This document shows positions 9,357-18,535 of a stretch of DNA of 64,000 nucleotides, piece by piece (position 1 is the stretch's first letter; every line of letters begins with the position of its first letter). Source of the DNA: a virus. The translations under genes were made by a program, and so were the position numbers. The notes beneath the pieces were generated by a model. It was not told the DNA's origin, ran no database searches, and worked only from the letters and a program-made list of their open reading frames with translations. The DNA lies in IMG/VR virus record IMGVR_UViG_3300035086_000100, positions 1-64,000 of that record; one strand, 5' to 3'.

Positions 9357-9965
9357 CTATGAAGTCGCGATTGCCGTCAAATCCACCCACACGATGGACG
9401 AGAAGGCACAAGTGGCACCAAAGGTACAGGGGTATAGCCTCTGGTTCGCCGCGCGCCGGTAGGACGTGGCCACCGTGCCGCTGGACATGACTCCCGGGAT
9501 GCTGAGCACCCGCGCGAACCCGAACTGGTTCTTGCCGATGACGGCACAGGCAAGCGTCGGGAAGTTGAGCGACATCGACAAAACGCTCTTGCCAGGCTGG
9601 CCAGCCCCCGGCGCGGTGACCGCTATGCTGCCCGCTGCCCCGTAAGCTACGTTCAGGTTTGTCAGGGTCTCTTCCGAGAAGTTAAAGCTGACCTCGAAGG
9701 TCGCTTTGTCCACTATCTTCGCTACTGGTGTAGGTTGTTCCTCAATACTGATATCGACCACCGAAGGCGTCCATGTCAGGGTAACTCCCGCGTCGGTCGC
9801 GCCGATGTAGGACCACCCGCCGCCAGTCCACGACGACCCGACGCCCAGGTTCTGGTCCGAGGGAAGGGCCGTGTTCAGGGGCGCGGTGAACACCAGGCCG
9901 AGCCCGTAAAGCACGTTGGTGGTGGTGACTGCGGGAGGCGTGTAGAGAAGCGGTGCGCCGGCCAT
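9357..9965 (-). CDS. Major tail (tube) protein
   Basis: WSYIGATDAGVTLTW..F.F.EETLTNL tail-tube pattern; synteny. Confidence 0.85.
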   Translation of the reverse strand: MAGAPLLYTPPAVTTTNVLYGLGLVFTAPLNTALPSDQNLGVGSSWTGGGWSYIGATDAGVTLTWTPSVVDISIEEQPTPVAKIVDKATFEVSFNFSEETLTNLNVAYGAAGSIAVTAPGAGQPGKSVLSMSLNFPTLACAVIGKNQFGFARVLSIPGVMSSGTVATSYRRAANQRLYPCTFGATCAFSSIVWVDLTAIATS

Positions 9966-10045
9966 GGTCGGGTCTCCTTAGCTGAGGCATGCGGAAAGCC
10001 GCCACGGCGGGGCGGGAATGGGTGCTAGCCGTTTAGGCTGCGACG

Positions 10046-10621
10046 ATGAGCGCGATAGGTGATCCGGTGCCGGTGGCTATCCGGGTACTGCTGCGGGTCG
10101 AGTACGCGGACGGGCAGATCCGGGAGTTCGAGGCCGACCGGCCCGATGCGCTGAAGCTGGAGATCAGCCGCCCGAACTGGCCGCAGATCAGCCCCGAGCG
10201 CGCGCTGGAGTTCCCGGCCGGCGACGTGTTCAGCGTGAGCCTCGGCTTCACGCGCAACGGCGATCCCCGCAAGCACCCGATGACGCTGCGGCACTACGCC
10301 AGCGGCGAGCGGGTCATGGTCACGCCGGATGAGCTGTCAGACGAGGCGCGCAAGGCGCGCAAACTGGCTGACGCCATGACCGAGATGGCCGCGCGCCTGC
10401 CGCCCGGTGCCGCCGAACTCATCGCCGGAATGCCTGTCGACGTGGCGCTGCACAAGCTCGGCTGGACGGGCGAACTTCCGGCGCCGGTTACGGCTGAGCG
10501 GCCGAAACTGGAGTGGCTGGCCGCGCACGGCACCTACATGACGGACGAGGAGAAGCGGCGGCTAGGGGAACTGCGGGCCGCGCTGACCGCCGGGCTATCG
10601 CAGCCAGGCGACCCGGCCTAG
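10046..10621 (+). CDS. Hypothetical protein (leaderless island gene)
   Basis: TAGGCT -10 box 6 nt before ATG; CTAG stop overlap with the convergent gene. Confidence 0.65.
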   Translation: MSAIGDPVPVAIRVLLRVEYADGQIREFEADRPDALKLEISRPNWPQISPERALEFPAGDVFSVSLGFTRNGDPRKHPMTLRHYASGERVMVTPDELSDEARKARKLADAMTEMAARLPPGAAELIAGMPVDVALHKLGWTGELPAPVTAERPKLEWLAAHGTYMTDEEKRRLGELRAALTAGLSQPGDPA

Positions 10622-10962
10622 ACCTCCCGCAGCCTGAACCCTGCCAGCCGGGCGGCCTCATGCGCCCGCCCGGCGGTCTCCGGGTCGCAGTCGGTACCCT
10701 CCGCCGTAATCACGACTGACTCGCCGCCCGGCTCGAGCGGAGGGACGGTCAGCGACCCGAAGTTCACCGGGGCGAGGCGCACCGTTCCGTCCGGGGACGG
10801 CTCCCGCGGCTCATCCGGCGCTGCGGGCTCAGGGAACCCGGTCGGGATCGGGTCGGGCTCGGGCTGATCCGCGGGAAGCACCCTTACCGACCCTGAGCCG
10901 CCCAGAGACGTGCCGGAAGGGCTGGTGACGGGCTTCCGCCCGGGTTCGTCAGGCGTCGTCAC
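10618..10962 (-). CDS. Hypothetical Pro-rich protein in the tail cluster
   Basis: RBS GGAGG, same orientation as structural genes. Confidence 0.6.
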   Translation of the reverse strand: MTTPDEPGRKPVTSPSGTSLGGSGSVRVLPADQPEPDPIPTGFPEPAAPDEPREPSPDGTVRLAPVNFGSLTVPPLEPGGESVVITAEGTDCDPETAGRAHEAARLAGFRLREV

Positions 10963-10971
10963 AGGAGCCTC

Positions 10972-11343
10972 CTAGGGCGTCGGCACCAACTGGTAGAGGG
11001 TCACCGAGTTGCCGGTGACAACGGAGAAGTCGATCCACATCAGGCCGGTGCCGTCCGGCTGGGTGAAGTCGGCGGCCGACCACGGGCCGAACAGGTAGTT
11101 CGTGGAGTTCGCGAGCGTCTTGGTGAGCGTCGCCACCGGGTACGCCTGGCCCTGGACCTGCCGGCCTATCCAGGTGCTCATGGTGCACGTCCCGGCCACC
11201 CCGATGTAGACGACGAGGAACACCTGGCCATTGTTGGTGAAGTTCACCCCGGTAAAGGTGGCCAGCGTCTGCGCGCCCGTCGTCGGGAGCGTCAGGCCTG
11301 CCGTGCCTGCCAGGTTGACTGGCGTCAGGGTCACCCGTGCCAT
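10972..11343 (-). CDS. Putative virion structural protein
   Basis: Thr/Gly-rich, 123 aa, in the neck-tail cluster. Confidence 0.65.
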   Translation of the reverse strand: MARVTLTPVNLAGTAGLTLPTTGAQTLATFTGVNFTNNGQVFLVVYIGVAGTCTMSTWIGRQVQGQAYPVATLTKTLANSTNYLFGPWSAADFTQPDGTGLMWIDFSVVTGNSVTLYQLVPTP

Positions 11344-11385
11344 GTCGTACCGCCTTCCTCAGAGCCGCTGACCTGCGAAGACGGG

Positions 11386-12090
11386 CTATGAATTGTCCGG
11401 CACCCACTTCTGGAGGTCGGCCTGCACGGTGAGCGTGAACGCGGCCGACGCCCCGATGGCGAGCACCGCGATCCGGAACGTCGACCCGGGGAAGCCCTCG
11501 AACGGCACCGAGTACCGGTCGGTGGTCGCCGGGACGGAGGGAAGCAGCACCTGGCCGCCCGTGATCAGGCGGTTCAGGACGGTACCCGGCGCGGGGGAGA
11601 CGGCACTGGACCATGCCCACGTCGGCGCGGCCGAGTAGGTCATGGAGATAGCGCCGGCGGCGGGAACGATGTAGGTCCCGGCACCGGCCCCGACCGTGAC
11701 GCTGTTGACGACCACCGCGGTCATGGTGCCGCCCGTGATCACCACGGTCACCGGGTAGGTGTTCGGGTTCTGGACCGCGACCGTGGTGGCGGGGACGGAC
11801 GGGGTGGCGGGTGCCGCCGTGCCCAGCGCCGCCGCGACCGAGGCGAGCTGCTCCGCGGCGGGGTTCGGGTACCACGAGGTGGACAGGCCCTCGGCGGTGT
11901 CCTGGTGCTGGAACAGCAGGTACAGCGCCGTGGGGGCGGTGGTGATGGCGGCGAACTTGACCCGCAGCAGGCCCCGGACGAAGTCGGAGCCGCCCTGGGT
12001 GATCGTTCCGGGGGTGAGCACGCCGGGGGAGACCGCTCCGGTGCAGGCGAGGGCGGTCGCAAGGGTCAGCTGGTCAGTCTCGTAGCCCAA
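11386..12090 (-). CDS. Putative virion structural protein
   Basis: Thr/Ala/Val-rich, in the neck-tail cluster. Confidence 0.6.
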   Translation of the reverse strand: MGYETDQLTLATALACTGAVSPGVLTPGTITQGGSDFVRGLLRVKFAAITTAPTALYLLFQHQDTAEGLSTSWYPNPAAEQLASVAAALGTAAPATPSVPATTVAVQNPNTYPVTVVITGGTMTAVVVNSVTVGAGAGTYIVPAAGAISMTYSAAPTWAWSSAVSPAPGTVLNRLITGGQVLLPSVPATTDRYSVPFEGFPGSTFRIAVLAIGASAAFTLTVQADLQKWVPDNS

Positions 12091-12104
12091 AGTAGGACAT
12101 CTCC

Positions 12105-12518
12105 CTAGTTTCCGGCAATGCAGATGTAATTAGTTACAAACTCGTACCTGTCGCCGTCGTCAGGCCCTGAGGCGAGCGGTGACGGGGTGCCGCCGAGGCG
12201 GTGAACGTGGACGATGACGCGCCCGCTGATGACGGCAGGGAACTGCGCGCCGAGGATGAGGGCGTCGAGCGCGTAGGCGTCGGCCTCGGCGCCGGCCTGG
12301 TCGTTCTGGCCGCCCCGTACCCGCGCCTGGAACCCGCCGGCGTCGGCGGCGCCTTCCAGCAGGTAGCCCGGCCCTGGGGTCACGGTGATGACCACGAGCC
12401 GGTCAGGTGAGTCGGGGATGTAGGGGCCGGCCAGGACGGGGGAGCCGGTTTCCTGGGTGGCGTCCCATCCGAGGGTGCCGGTTATCCAGGCGATGACGGA
12501 CGTGGTCGGCAGCGGCAC
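12105..12518 (-). CDS. Tail terminator / minor capsid-family protein
   Basis: PDSPDRLVVIT..FQARVRG..DDGDRYEFVTNY. Confidence 0.8.
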   Translation of the reverse strand: MPLPTTSVIAWITGTLGWDATQETGSPVLAGPYIPDSPDRLVVITVTPGPGYLLEGAADAGGFQARVRGGQNDQAGAEADAYALDALILGAQFPAVISGRVIVHVHRLGGTPSPLASGPDDGDRYEFVTNYICIAGN

Positions 12519-12553
12519 GGGCTCACCGTCCCGATGCCTAGACTCGTCGTCTG

Positions 12554-12835
12554 ATGCCCCCGATACCTGATGCCCGGATCGAAATCTCGCAGGCCGACCT
12601 GCTACACGTCCTGCTCTGCGCCCTGAGTTACGACGCCAGACTGCCCTACGGCCTCATACCCGAGGGGATATACGGCGCACTGAACGCGGAGGGCAAGCAG
12701 TGGATAGACAGCCAGCCGCCGCCCGGTGAGCCACGGAAATTACGGCCTCGCCCGGAGTGCTCGCAGCCGTTCGCGGACAGCGGGATCAGCAGGGAAACCC
12801 CACCGCCCGTACTTGCCGAGCGCCAGTCCCGCTGA
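12554..12835 (+). CDS. Hypothetical protein (island gene)
   Basis: TAGACT box upstream of ATG; 3' end overlaps the convergent gene. Confidence 0.5.
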   Translation: MPPIPDARIEISQADLLHVLLCALSYDARLPYGLIPEGIYGALNAEGKQWIDSQPPPGEPRKLRPRPECSQPFADSGISRETPPPVLAERQSR

Positions 12836-12952
12836 TGACGGTTCCCTGCACACGACAGCGGGCCTGCGGCGGTAGTCGACGTCGTGATGGCGGTCGAACG
12901 CGCTGAGGGAGGCGAACGAGAGCCCGCACGGCGAGCATGTGCAGGCGGCCAC
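12740..12952 (-). CDS. FDXHR-type Zn-binding small protein
   Basis: CSPCGLSFASLSAFDRHH...C...GL. Confidence 0.65.
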   Translation of the reverse strand: MAACTCSPCGLSFASLSAFDRHHDVDYRRRPAVVCREPSSAGLALGKYGRWGFPADPAVRERLRALRARP

Positions 12953-13140
12953 GTCTCACCTCGTTACGGGCGAGTCGCCATCAGAACAGGGCATTAGCAG
13001 CGTACCGTGACCGGAGGGCAGCCGTCCGTAGCCGGAAGCTAGAACGCGGCGAGAACCGCGCACCACCTCAACCAATCAAAACCGAGATTGCGTTGGCGCA
13101 TTTCAGGTCATTGAATAGCCGGTGCCGGGCGGCTGCCCGC

Positions 13141-13643
13141 CTAGATGCCCCGGCTCCACAGGAACCGGAGTTCTTTCAGGCTGAACTTCGACGGCACCGG
13201 GTGATGGGCGCGGTAGATAGCCTTCAGTTCGTCCTCGGATAGCCGGTGCTGGCGAGGTTCGCGGTCGTAGACGGTCGCTCCGTCGCTGGTGACGCTGGGA
13301 TGCCCTGAGGCGCGGAGGTTGGAGTACAAAACCGGAGCCCTAGTGGCCACTCCGCCGTCTTCCGCCAAGTCCTCAACGGAGCGGACCATCCCCGGTTCCG
13401 GGCCTTCGTCCAGGAGCGTCCTGGCGATGTCCTCGAAGTAGCCGCGATAGTTCGTCATCAGCGGTTCGGTGAGGTACATGGCCTGGCCGCCGCGGGGGTG
13501 CTTGAAATCTAGCCGCTAAAAGCCCCTCGTGCTGATATCTGGCGTAAATGCCCTAAAATCTGGTCAACCACGACAGTACCAATGAGGTCGCCGTGCCCGA
13601 CCAGATCCTCCAGCTCTTGCGTTCGCTCAGCGAAGGTGCTCAT
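13141..13643 (-). CDS. Neck / head-tail joining protein (HK97 gp10-like), 160 aa if two 10-nt inserts are bypassed
   Basis: RBS GGAGGAGG and ATG at 13643; removing 13547-13556 and a second 10 nt near 13510-13519 restores DQIYARYQHEGLDFKHPRGGQAMYL in frame with ORF 13141-13479. Confidence 0.8.
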
Positions 13644-13667
13644 GACCACCTCCTCCGAGCCATGCGT

Positions 13668-14177
13668 CTACCGCCACCCGTCGATGAGCCTTGATCCCGC
13701 AGCACCCGCCGGCATGATCCCGCCCCGCCCGTCCGGCTCGGTGCCGCTATCCTCGTATTTAAAGATAGACGGAATGGTGTTTACGACGTGCCCGCCATTG
13801 CTTACCGGGTCATTAGGCGGAGTGGGTACCACGTCTATCTTTCCGGCCTGAATGTCATTCAGCGTCTTAATCGCATCTTGATAGCCGAGATAGACCGGGT
13901 CAAAGGCACTCAGGTCTTTGCCTTTGCGGTAAGTCAGTGTCGCGTAAAAGGTTGCGAGCTGAATCGCGACTGTCTTGATCAGGTCGGGGATCACGATGAC
14001 CGGGTCATTGGCGTCCACAAACCACGCCGTGCCGGCATAGGCCGAAACCTTGGCCGACGCCTGGGCAATCGCGGCCTGCAACTGGGCGTCCTCAAGCGCA
14101 GCGCACGTCCCCGTGCCCGCATCCGTTCCTGCCACGTTGGACCGGATATCGGCGGGAGTGCAGTACGAAACCGGCAT
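13668..14177 (-). CDS. Head-to-tail adaptor (Mu gp36-like)
   Basis: YCTPADI..AIAQASAKVSAY..IPDLIKTVAIQLATF..YQDAIKTLNDIQAGKI. Confidence 0.8.
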   Translation of the reverse strand: MPVSYCTPADIRSNVAGTDAGTGTCAALEDAQLQAAIAQASAKVSAYAGTAWFVDANDPVIVIPDLIKTVAIQLATFYATLTYRKGKDLSAFDPVYLGYQDAIKTLNDIQAGKIDVVPTPPNDPVSNGGHVVNTIPSIFKYEDSGTEPDGRGGIMPAGAAGSRLIDGWR

Positions 14178-14221
14178 GTTGACCCCTCTTGCGTCGGCAT
14201 GCCCGGTTAAAGTCTCACGTC

Positions 14222-14419
14222 ATGGATCAGATCAAGTGGGTCAAGAGTTCCCTGAGCAACAGTTTCGCCAACTGCGTGGAGGTCGCTGACCTGGGAGGAG
14301 GCACGGTGGGCGTCCGCGACTCGAAAGACCCGGACGGCCCGGTGCTGGTGTTCACTCCCGGCGAGTGGCAGGCGTTCCTCGGCGGGGCACGGGGCGGCGA
14401 GTTCGACCGGTTCGGCTAA
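14222..14419 (+). CDS. DUF397 domain protein
   Basis: WVKSSLS..NCVEVA..VGVRDSKDPDGPVLVFTPGEWQAF. Confidence 0.92.
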   Translation: MDQIKWVKSSLSNSFANCVEVADLGGGTVGVRDSKDPDGPVLVFTPGEWQAFLGGARGGEFDRFG

Positions 14420-14551
14420 CCGCCCGGTCTGGCCGCGACCGCCTCAACGGGGAGGCTCGCGGCCATCACCATCCGGCCAGCCACAGCACGGCGGTGACGA
14501 CCACCGCGACGATGATGACGGCGACGACCGCCCGGATGATCTCCCCGCCGT

Positions 14552-14746
14552 TCACGGATTCCCTTCGCAGCAGCCGCACAGCGGATCTGAGCACCGGCTG
14601 TGCTGCCTGCGGCGGCATCTCCCGCACACGAACTCGGCATCAGGCGGCTGCACGTCTTCAGGCTCGCCGGTCCCGAACTCGTACGGAGCGCCCGTGAAGC
14701 CCTGCGCGTACTCCGCTACCGCCGCGCCGTCGAGCCGCTCGGTCAC
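14552..14746 (-). CDS. Small Cys-rich hypothetical protein
   Basis: CGRC..H..C..CGCC. Confidence 0.5.
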   Translation of the reverse strand: MTERLDGAAVAEYAQGFTGAPYEFGTGEPEDVQPPDAEFVCGRCRRRQHSRCSDPLCGCCEGNP

Positions 14747-14758
14747 TGCCAGGATCCC

Positions 14759-15328
14759 CTACTTGCCCTTGTGCGCGTCCGGGTCTACGGACAGGTCCAG
14801 ACCCGGGTCCTTGCCCTCAGGCGCGTTCCTCGGGTCAGCTGGATCGGGGGCATTCGGGTCGGCGTCCTCGATCACCCTGACCGTCGTCGAGCCTGCCGGG
14901 TCGGGACGTGCGCCGAACTGCTGCGCCTTCGGGCGGCTGCCGAACAGGTCACGGGCCTTGACGTCCGGCGCCGGGTCGTTCTGCTCCTTCGCCGGGCGGA
15001 TAACCGGGACGCGGTGACGGCGCCGGTCATTGAACCGGGCGGCCTGCTCGTCGGTGAGGAACACGGTGTCGCCCCGGTGGACGACGTCTGCGGCCTTGTC
15101 CTCGCCGGGGGCGGTGACGCGCGGAATGCTGAGGTTGGTGAGCGCCTCATAGTTTGAGCCCCTCGGGGTGGCAACCCCGGCCGGCTTCGCCGCTGGCCGC
15201 GTTCCGGGCGATTCCTGAAGCTGGCGCACGGCCTCGCGGAGTTCGGCGATTTCCCGGTCTCGCTCCTCTGCCGTCGCCTCGGGTGCGGGCTGGCTCGTTT
15301 CTGCCGCCTTCTGGCCGGCTGCGGGCAT
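14759..15328 (-). CDS. Hypothetical head-associated protein
   Basis: RBS AAGGAG; immediately after the major capsid gene. Confidence 0.65.
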   Translation of the reverse strand: MPAAGQKAAETSQPAPEATAEERDREIAELREAVRQLQESPGTRPAAKPAGVATPRGSNYEALTNLSIPRVTAPGEDKAADVVHRGDTVFLTDEQAARFNDRRRHRVPVIRPAKEQNDPAPDVKARDLFGSRPKAQQFGARPDPAGSTTVRVIEDADPNAPDPADPRNAPEGKDPGLDLSVDPDAHKGK

Positions 15329-15401
15329 GGATGACTCCTTCGTGACGGGGGGTAAACGGACACGCGTCACGAAGGACGGTGTTCGGAATGTCTGGTCTGG
15401 G

Positions 15402-16313
15402 TTAGATACCCGACAAAAGTACGAAAGCTAGGGGTTCGTCAAGCCCTATGGCGGATTGGCGCTGAATATCCGATCTGCTGGACTTGGTCTTTTCGTCTCG
15501 ATACAGGGGACTTGCCTGAAATTCCAGCTCATCCGCGACAAACCCGCATCTCTGCCGCATAAGCACCAAGGCGTTGCCCGAAGGGATCTGCCTTGACCGC
15601 AAGGTGTCGAGATCGAGGATTTTATTAGGAAGTACCCCCGTGTACTGGAGGTTTTCTGACGCTATGTCCCCGATGTACGGCGCCGCGAAGGAACTGCTCT
15701 GAATGAGGGTATTCTTCGTTCCTGTCCCGATAATCATCGTGTCGGCCTCGAAGCCCAGGTACGACGTGAAGCCGAGGCTGCTGGGCACGCTGGCGTTCTC
15801 GACCAGGAACACCGCATTGGCGATGTCTGCCCGGATCGTCGCGTTGGACGATGCCCACGGCGCGCCCACCGCGAGGGTCTGGATGCCCCCGTTGGCGACC
15901 ACGGCGCTGTAGAAAGCCTGCTCCCACGAGTACGTCATCGTGTTCTTCACCTGGCGGAGCTGCCTGGTCAGCGGGTCCATGATCATGCGGCGGCGCATCT
16001 GGTCGGAGACGCTGACCGCCATCGCGCGCTCGTGGGTGAACACCACGCGCGGAATCCCGACGCTGGTCGGCACGACCGGCACCTCGCCGAACTCGGCCCG
16101 GATCTCGGGCACGTCATCGGCGTACAGCGGCGTCGACTCCGAGTAGCGCACGGCGCCGCTGTTCGTCATCCCGCCCTTCCGCAGGATCACGTCCATGATG
16201 AACTCGTTCTGGGTCATTTCCAGGATGAGTTCGGGGATGATCAGCGGGTCCTTCAGCAGCGCGTCATAGGTGATGCGCGGGCCGTCCATGCTGGTGATCG
16301 AAGAAACTGGCAC
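15402..16313 (-). CDS. Major capsid protein
   Basis: 303 aa; LLKDPLIIP..EFGEVPV..AIGLDEPLAFVLLSGI; follows protease and decoration genes. Confidence 0.88.
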   Translation of the reverse strand: MPVSSITSMDGPRITYDALLKDPLIIPELILEMTQNEFIMDVILRKGGMTNSGAVRYSESTPLYADDVPEIRAEFGEVPVVPTSVGIPRVVFTHERAMAVSVSDQMRRRMIMDPLTRQLRQVKNTMTYSWEQAFYSAVVANGGIQTLAVGAPWASSNATIRADIANAVFLVENASVPSSLGFTSYLGFEADTMIIGTGTKNTLIQSSSFAAPYIGDIASENLQYTGVLPNKILDLDTLRSRQIPSGNALVLMRQRCGFVADELEFQASPLYRDEKTKSSRSDIQRQSAIGLDEPLAFVLLSGI

Positions 16314-16421
16314 GGGGTGTCACTCCTCTGCGGAGGGCAGGCGGGGAGAAACCCCGTCCGGGGTCGGGCGGCAGTAACGCCGCTGATGGCTCTCAGTGGC
16401 CGGAAACGGCCGGGGGAAGGG

Positions 16422-16880
16422 TCAGCCGAACAGGCGCATGCGGGCCACGGTCGCGCCCGCGAGAACGCCGCCGGGCTGGGTGCAGCGGCCGATGATCGTC
16501 GCCGGGAGGGTGTCGGTGCCGGACACCCAGGGGGTGACCTGGCCGGACGCGGCCGACTTGAGGAGCTGGCCGAACGCCGCCGCCGCCGCGTACGTCACCC
16601 GGATGTCGACGGGGCCGTGGTAGACGGCGGCGTAGTCGGGCAGGACAGACAGGTCCACGAGAGGCGCGCTGCCGGCGTACTGGTCGGTGAACGCCGCCTG
16701 GGACACGACCGGCGAGGCGTCGTTGCCGGCCACGCCGAGCACGTTGATGGCGCCGGCTCCCGCGACTGAGACCGTGGTGGCGGGGCCGGCGTCCGGGATG
16801 ACGAGCTGGCCGCCGAGCACGAGCGCGGACACCTGGTAGCTATCGGGGCCAGTCCGGTAATGGGGCAAAACTCCCGGCAT
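16422..16880 (-). CDS. Capsid decoration/cement protein
   Basis: VLGVAGNDA..FGQLLKSAASGQV..IIGRC; synteny. Confidence 0.75.
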   Translation of the reverse strand: MPGVLPHYRTGPDSYQVSALVLGGQLVIPDAGPATTVSVAGAGAINVLGVAGNDASPVVSQAAFTDQYAGSAPLVDLSVLPDYAAVYHGPVDIRVTYAAAAAFGQLLKSAASGQVTPWVSGTDTLPATIIGRCTQPGGVLAGATVARMRLFG

Positions 16881-16970
16881 GATTCACCGTTCCTTTGTCT
16901 GGGCACAGTTCAGGCCCGCGCGGGGCGGGTGAGACGTGCGGGGGGTGCTAGTTGGAGACGCCTACGGGGA

Positions 16971-18251
16971 TCAGAGCCCGGTCATCTGCCGGTAGCCGGA
17001 CTTGATGGCGGCACGGTCGGCAACCTGGGCCTCTTCGGCCGCTGCGGCTTCCTCGGCCCCGAAGTCGAGGGCGGTGCCGGTCTCGGCGGACAGGTCCAGG
17101 GCCTTGACGGTCCGGCCGTACTCAGTCAGTACCTTGCGGACGATCGCCCCGGCGTCGATGCTCGTGCCGTTGGCGAGTTCCACTACCCGGCCGGTGCCTT
17201 CGAGCAGGGGGCGGGCAAGGTCGGTGATGCGGGGCGGGATGCCGTGCAGCCGGGCGAACGCGTCGCGTTCCTTCTCGAACGTCGCCGTGTCCAGCGCCTT
17301 GCGGATCGTCGCCAGCTCGAGCGCGTTCTCGTCGGCGCGGGAGTTGGCCAGGTCGATCGCGGCCTGAGCCTCAGCGGACAGGGCAGCGCCCGCGGCAGTG
17401 AGTTCGCCGTCCGCCTTGGCGTCATCCTTGGCGGGCTCATCCTCGGTGCCGTCGTCCTCGCCGACCTCATCGAGCAGGGCCTGCAGCTCCTCGTCGGACA
17501 GTTCCGGCTCGGGGGTCAGCAGCGCGTCGAACTGGTCGTCGGGCAGGTCCAGCAGCTTCGCCAGCCGGGCCTCCTGTGCCTCTGTGAAAGCCATGGTCTT
17601 GTCCTCCGTAGTGGGAGCGGGCGGGGCTGCCGGATCGGCTGTGCGCGGTTCTGGGGGCTGCAGGGGGGCATCCGCGGGAGAGGCGCCAGCGGGCTTGGCG
17701 TACTCGGCACTCGTCAGGTCGAGGACATCGCCGCCGTCGCCGGAGAGATCCATGCCCTGCCACATCCCGGAAGCCAGTGCGGCCGTGACGGGCTCCCACT
17801 GCCGCATGCCGGTCAGGCGCGGGTCCAGGGTGCCCAGGACGTGCTTGATGGCGGCGGGAAAGAACTTGCCGTCCGCCCGCCCGTAGGCCTCGACGATGGA
17901 CGCGGAGATGCCCAGGTCGGGAAACTCGGTCAGGTAGTCGCCGGCGGCCTTCCCGGCTTCGACGATCACGTCGAGCCCGTCGTCGGTCAGCTCCAGGTCG
18001 CGGACCGTGCCGCGCCGCTGCTCCACCTTGTTGGTGTGCTTGTTGTCGTGGCTGGCGAACTGGAACGGCACCGCGTCGTAGGCCTTGTCGCGGAACGCCT
18101 GCACCAGCCGCGCCAGGTAGTCGCGCGTGAAGCTGATCTTCCGGCCCTCGTAGGTGATGTCACCTATCGGCAGGAGCTGCCTTCGCCACATGGTGGCGCC
18201 GACGCGCTGCGGCTTGCCGCTGGTGACCGGCGTCAGGAGAGTGGTGGTCAC
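16971..18251 (-). CDS. Capsid maturation protease/scaffold fusion (Mu gpI-like)
   Basis: HDNKH..GISASI..HVLGTLDPRLTGM protease part plus acidic helical scaffold part. Confidence 0.8.
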   Translation of the reverse strand: MTTTLLTPVTSGKPQRVGATMWRRQLLPIGDITYEGRKISFTRDYLARLVQAFRDKAYDAVPFQFASHDNKHTNKVEQRRGTVRDLELTDDGLDVIVEAGKAAGDYLTEFPDLGISASIVEAYGRADGKFFPAAIKHVLGTLDPRLTGMRQWEPVTAALASGMWQGMDLSGDGGDVLDLTSAEYAKPAGASPADAPLQPPEPRTADPAAPPAPTTEDKTMAFTEAQEARLAKLLDLPDDQFDALLTPEPELSDEELQALLDEVGEDDGTEDEPAKDDAKADGELTAAGAALSAEAQAAIDLANSRADENALELATIRKALDTATFEKERDAFARLHGIPPRITDLARPLLEGTGRVVELANGTSIDAGAIVRKVLTEYGRTVKALDLSAETGTALDFGAEEAAAAEEAQVADRAAIKSGYRQMTGL

Positions 18252-18499
18252 GGCAGCACCCCCCAGATCTGGACGGGAGCGCATCCGGCCGCGACAGATG
18301 ACTGGTACTGGTAGGGGGGCATGTCCGGGCAGGCGGTCGCGTTGACCACGTACGTGCCGAGGCCCTGATCTGCGGCACCGCCTGTCGGGTAGTGCCAGAC
18401 CCGTGCGGCGGGCAGCACTGCCCGGAGTTGCGCCACTTCGCTGCGGAGCGCCCGGATCTCGTCGCGGAGGCTTGCCAGTTCGGACTGCTCGGCGGTCAC
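18248..18499 (-). CDS. Small coiled-coil hypothetical protein
   Basis: LASLRDEIRALRSEVAQLR; GTGA overlap with the protease gene. Confidence 0.5.
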   Translation of the reverse strand: MTAEQSELASLRDEIRALRSEVAQLRAVLPAARVWHYPTGGAADQGLGTYVVNATACPDMPPYQYQSSVAAGCAPVQIWGVLP

Positions 18500-18535
18500 G
18501 TCACGCTCCCTGCCGCTGGTGAAAGGATGGGGATC

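Noticed and set aside
13141-13643. Neck gene as a plain pseudogene
   Set aside because: Two equal-length inserts, both starting with TTA and ending in a matched codon, are unlikely as random decay, and neighbouring genes are intact; not fully excluded without reads
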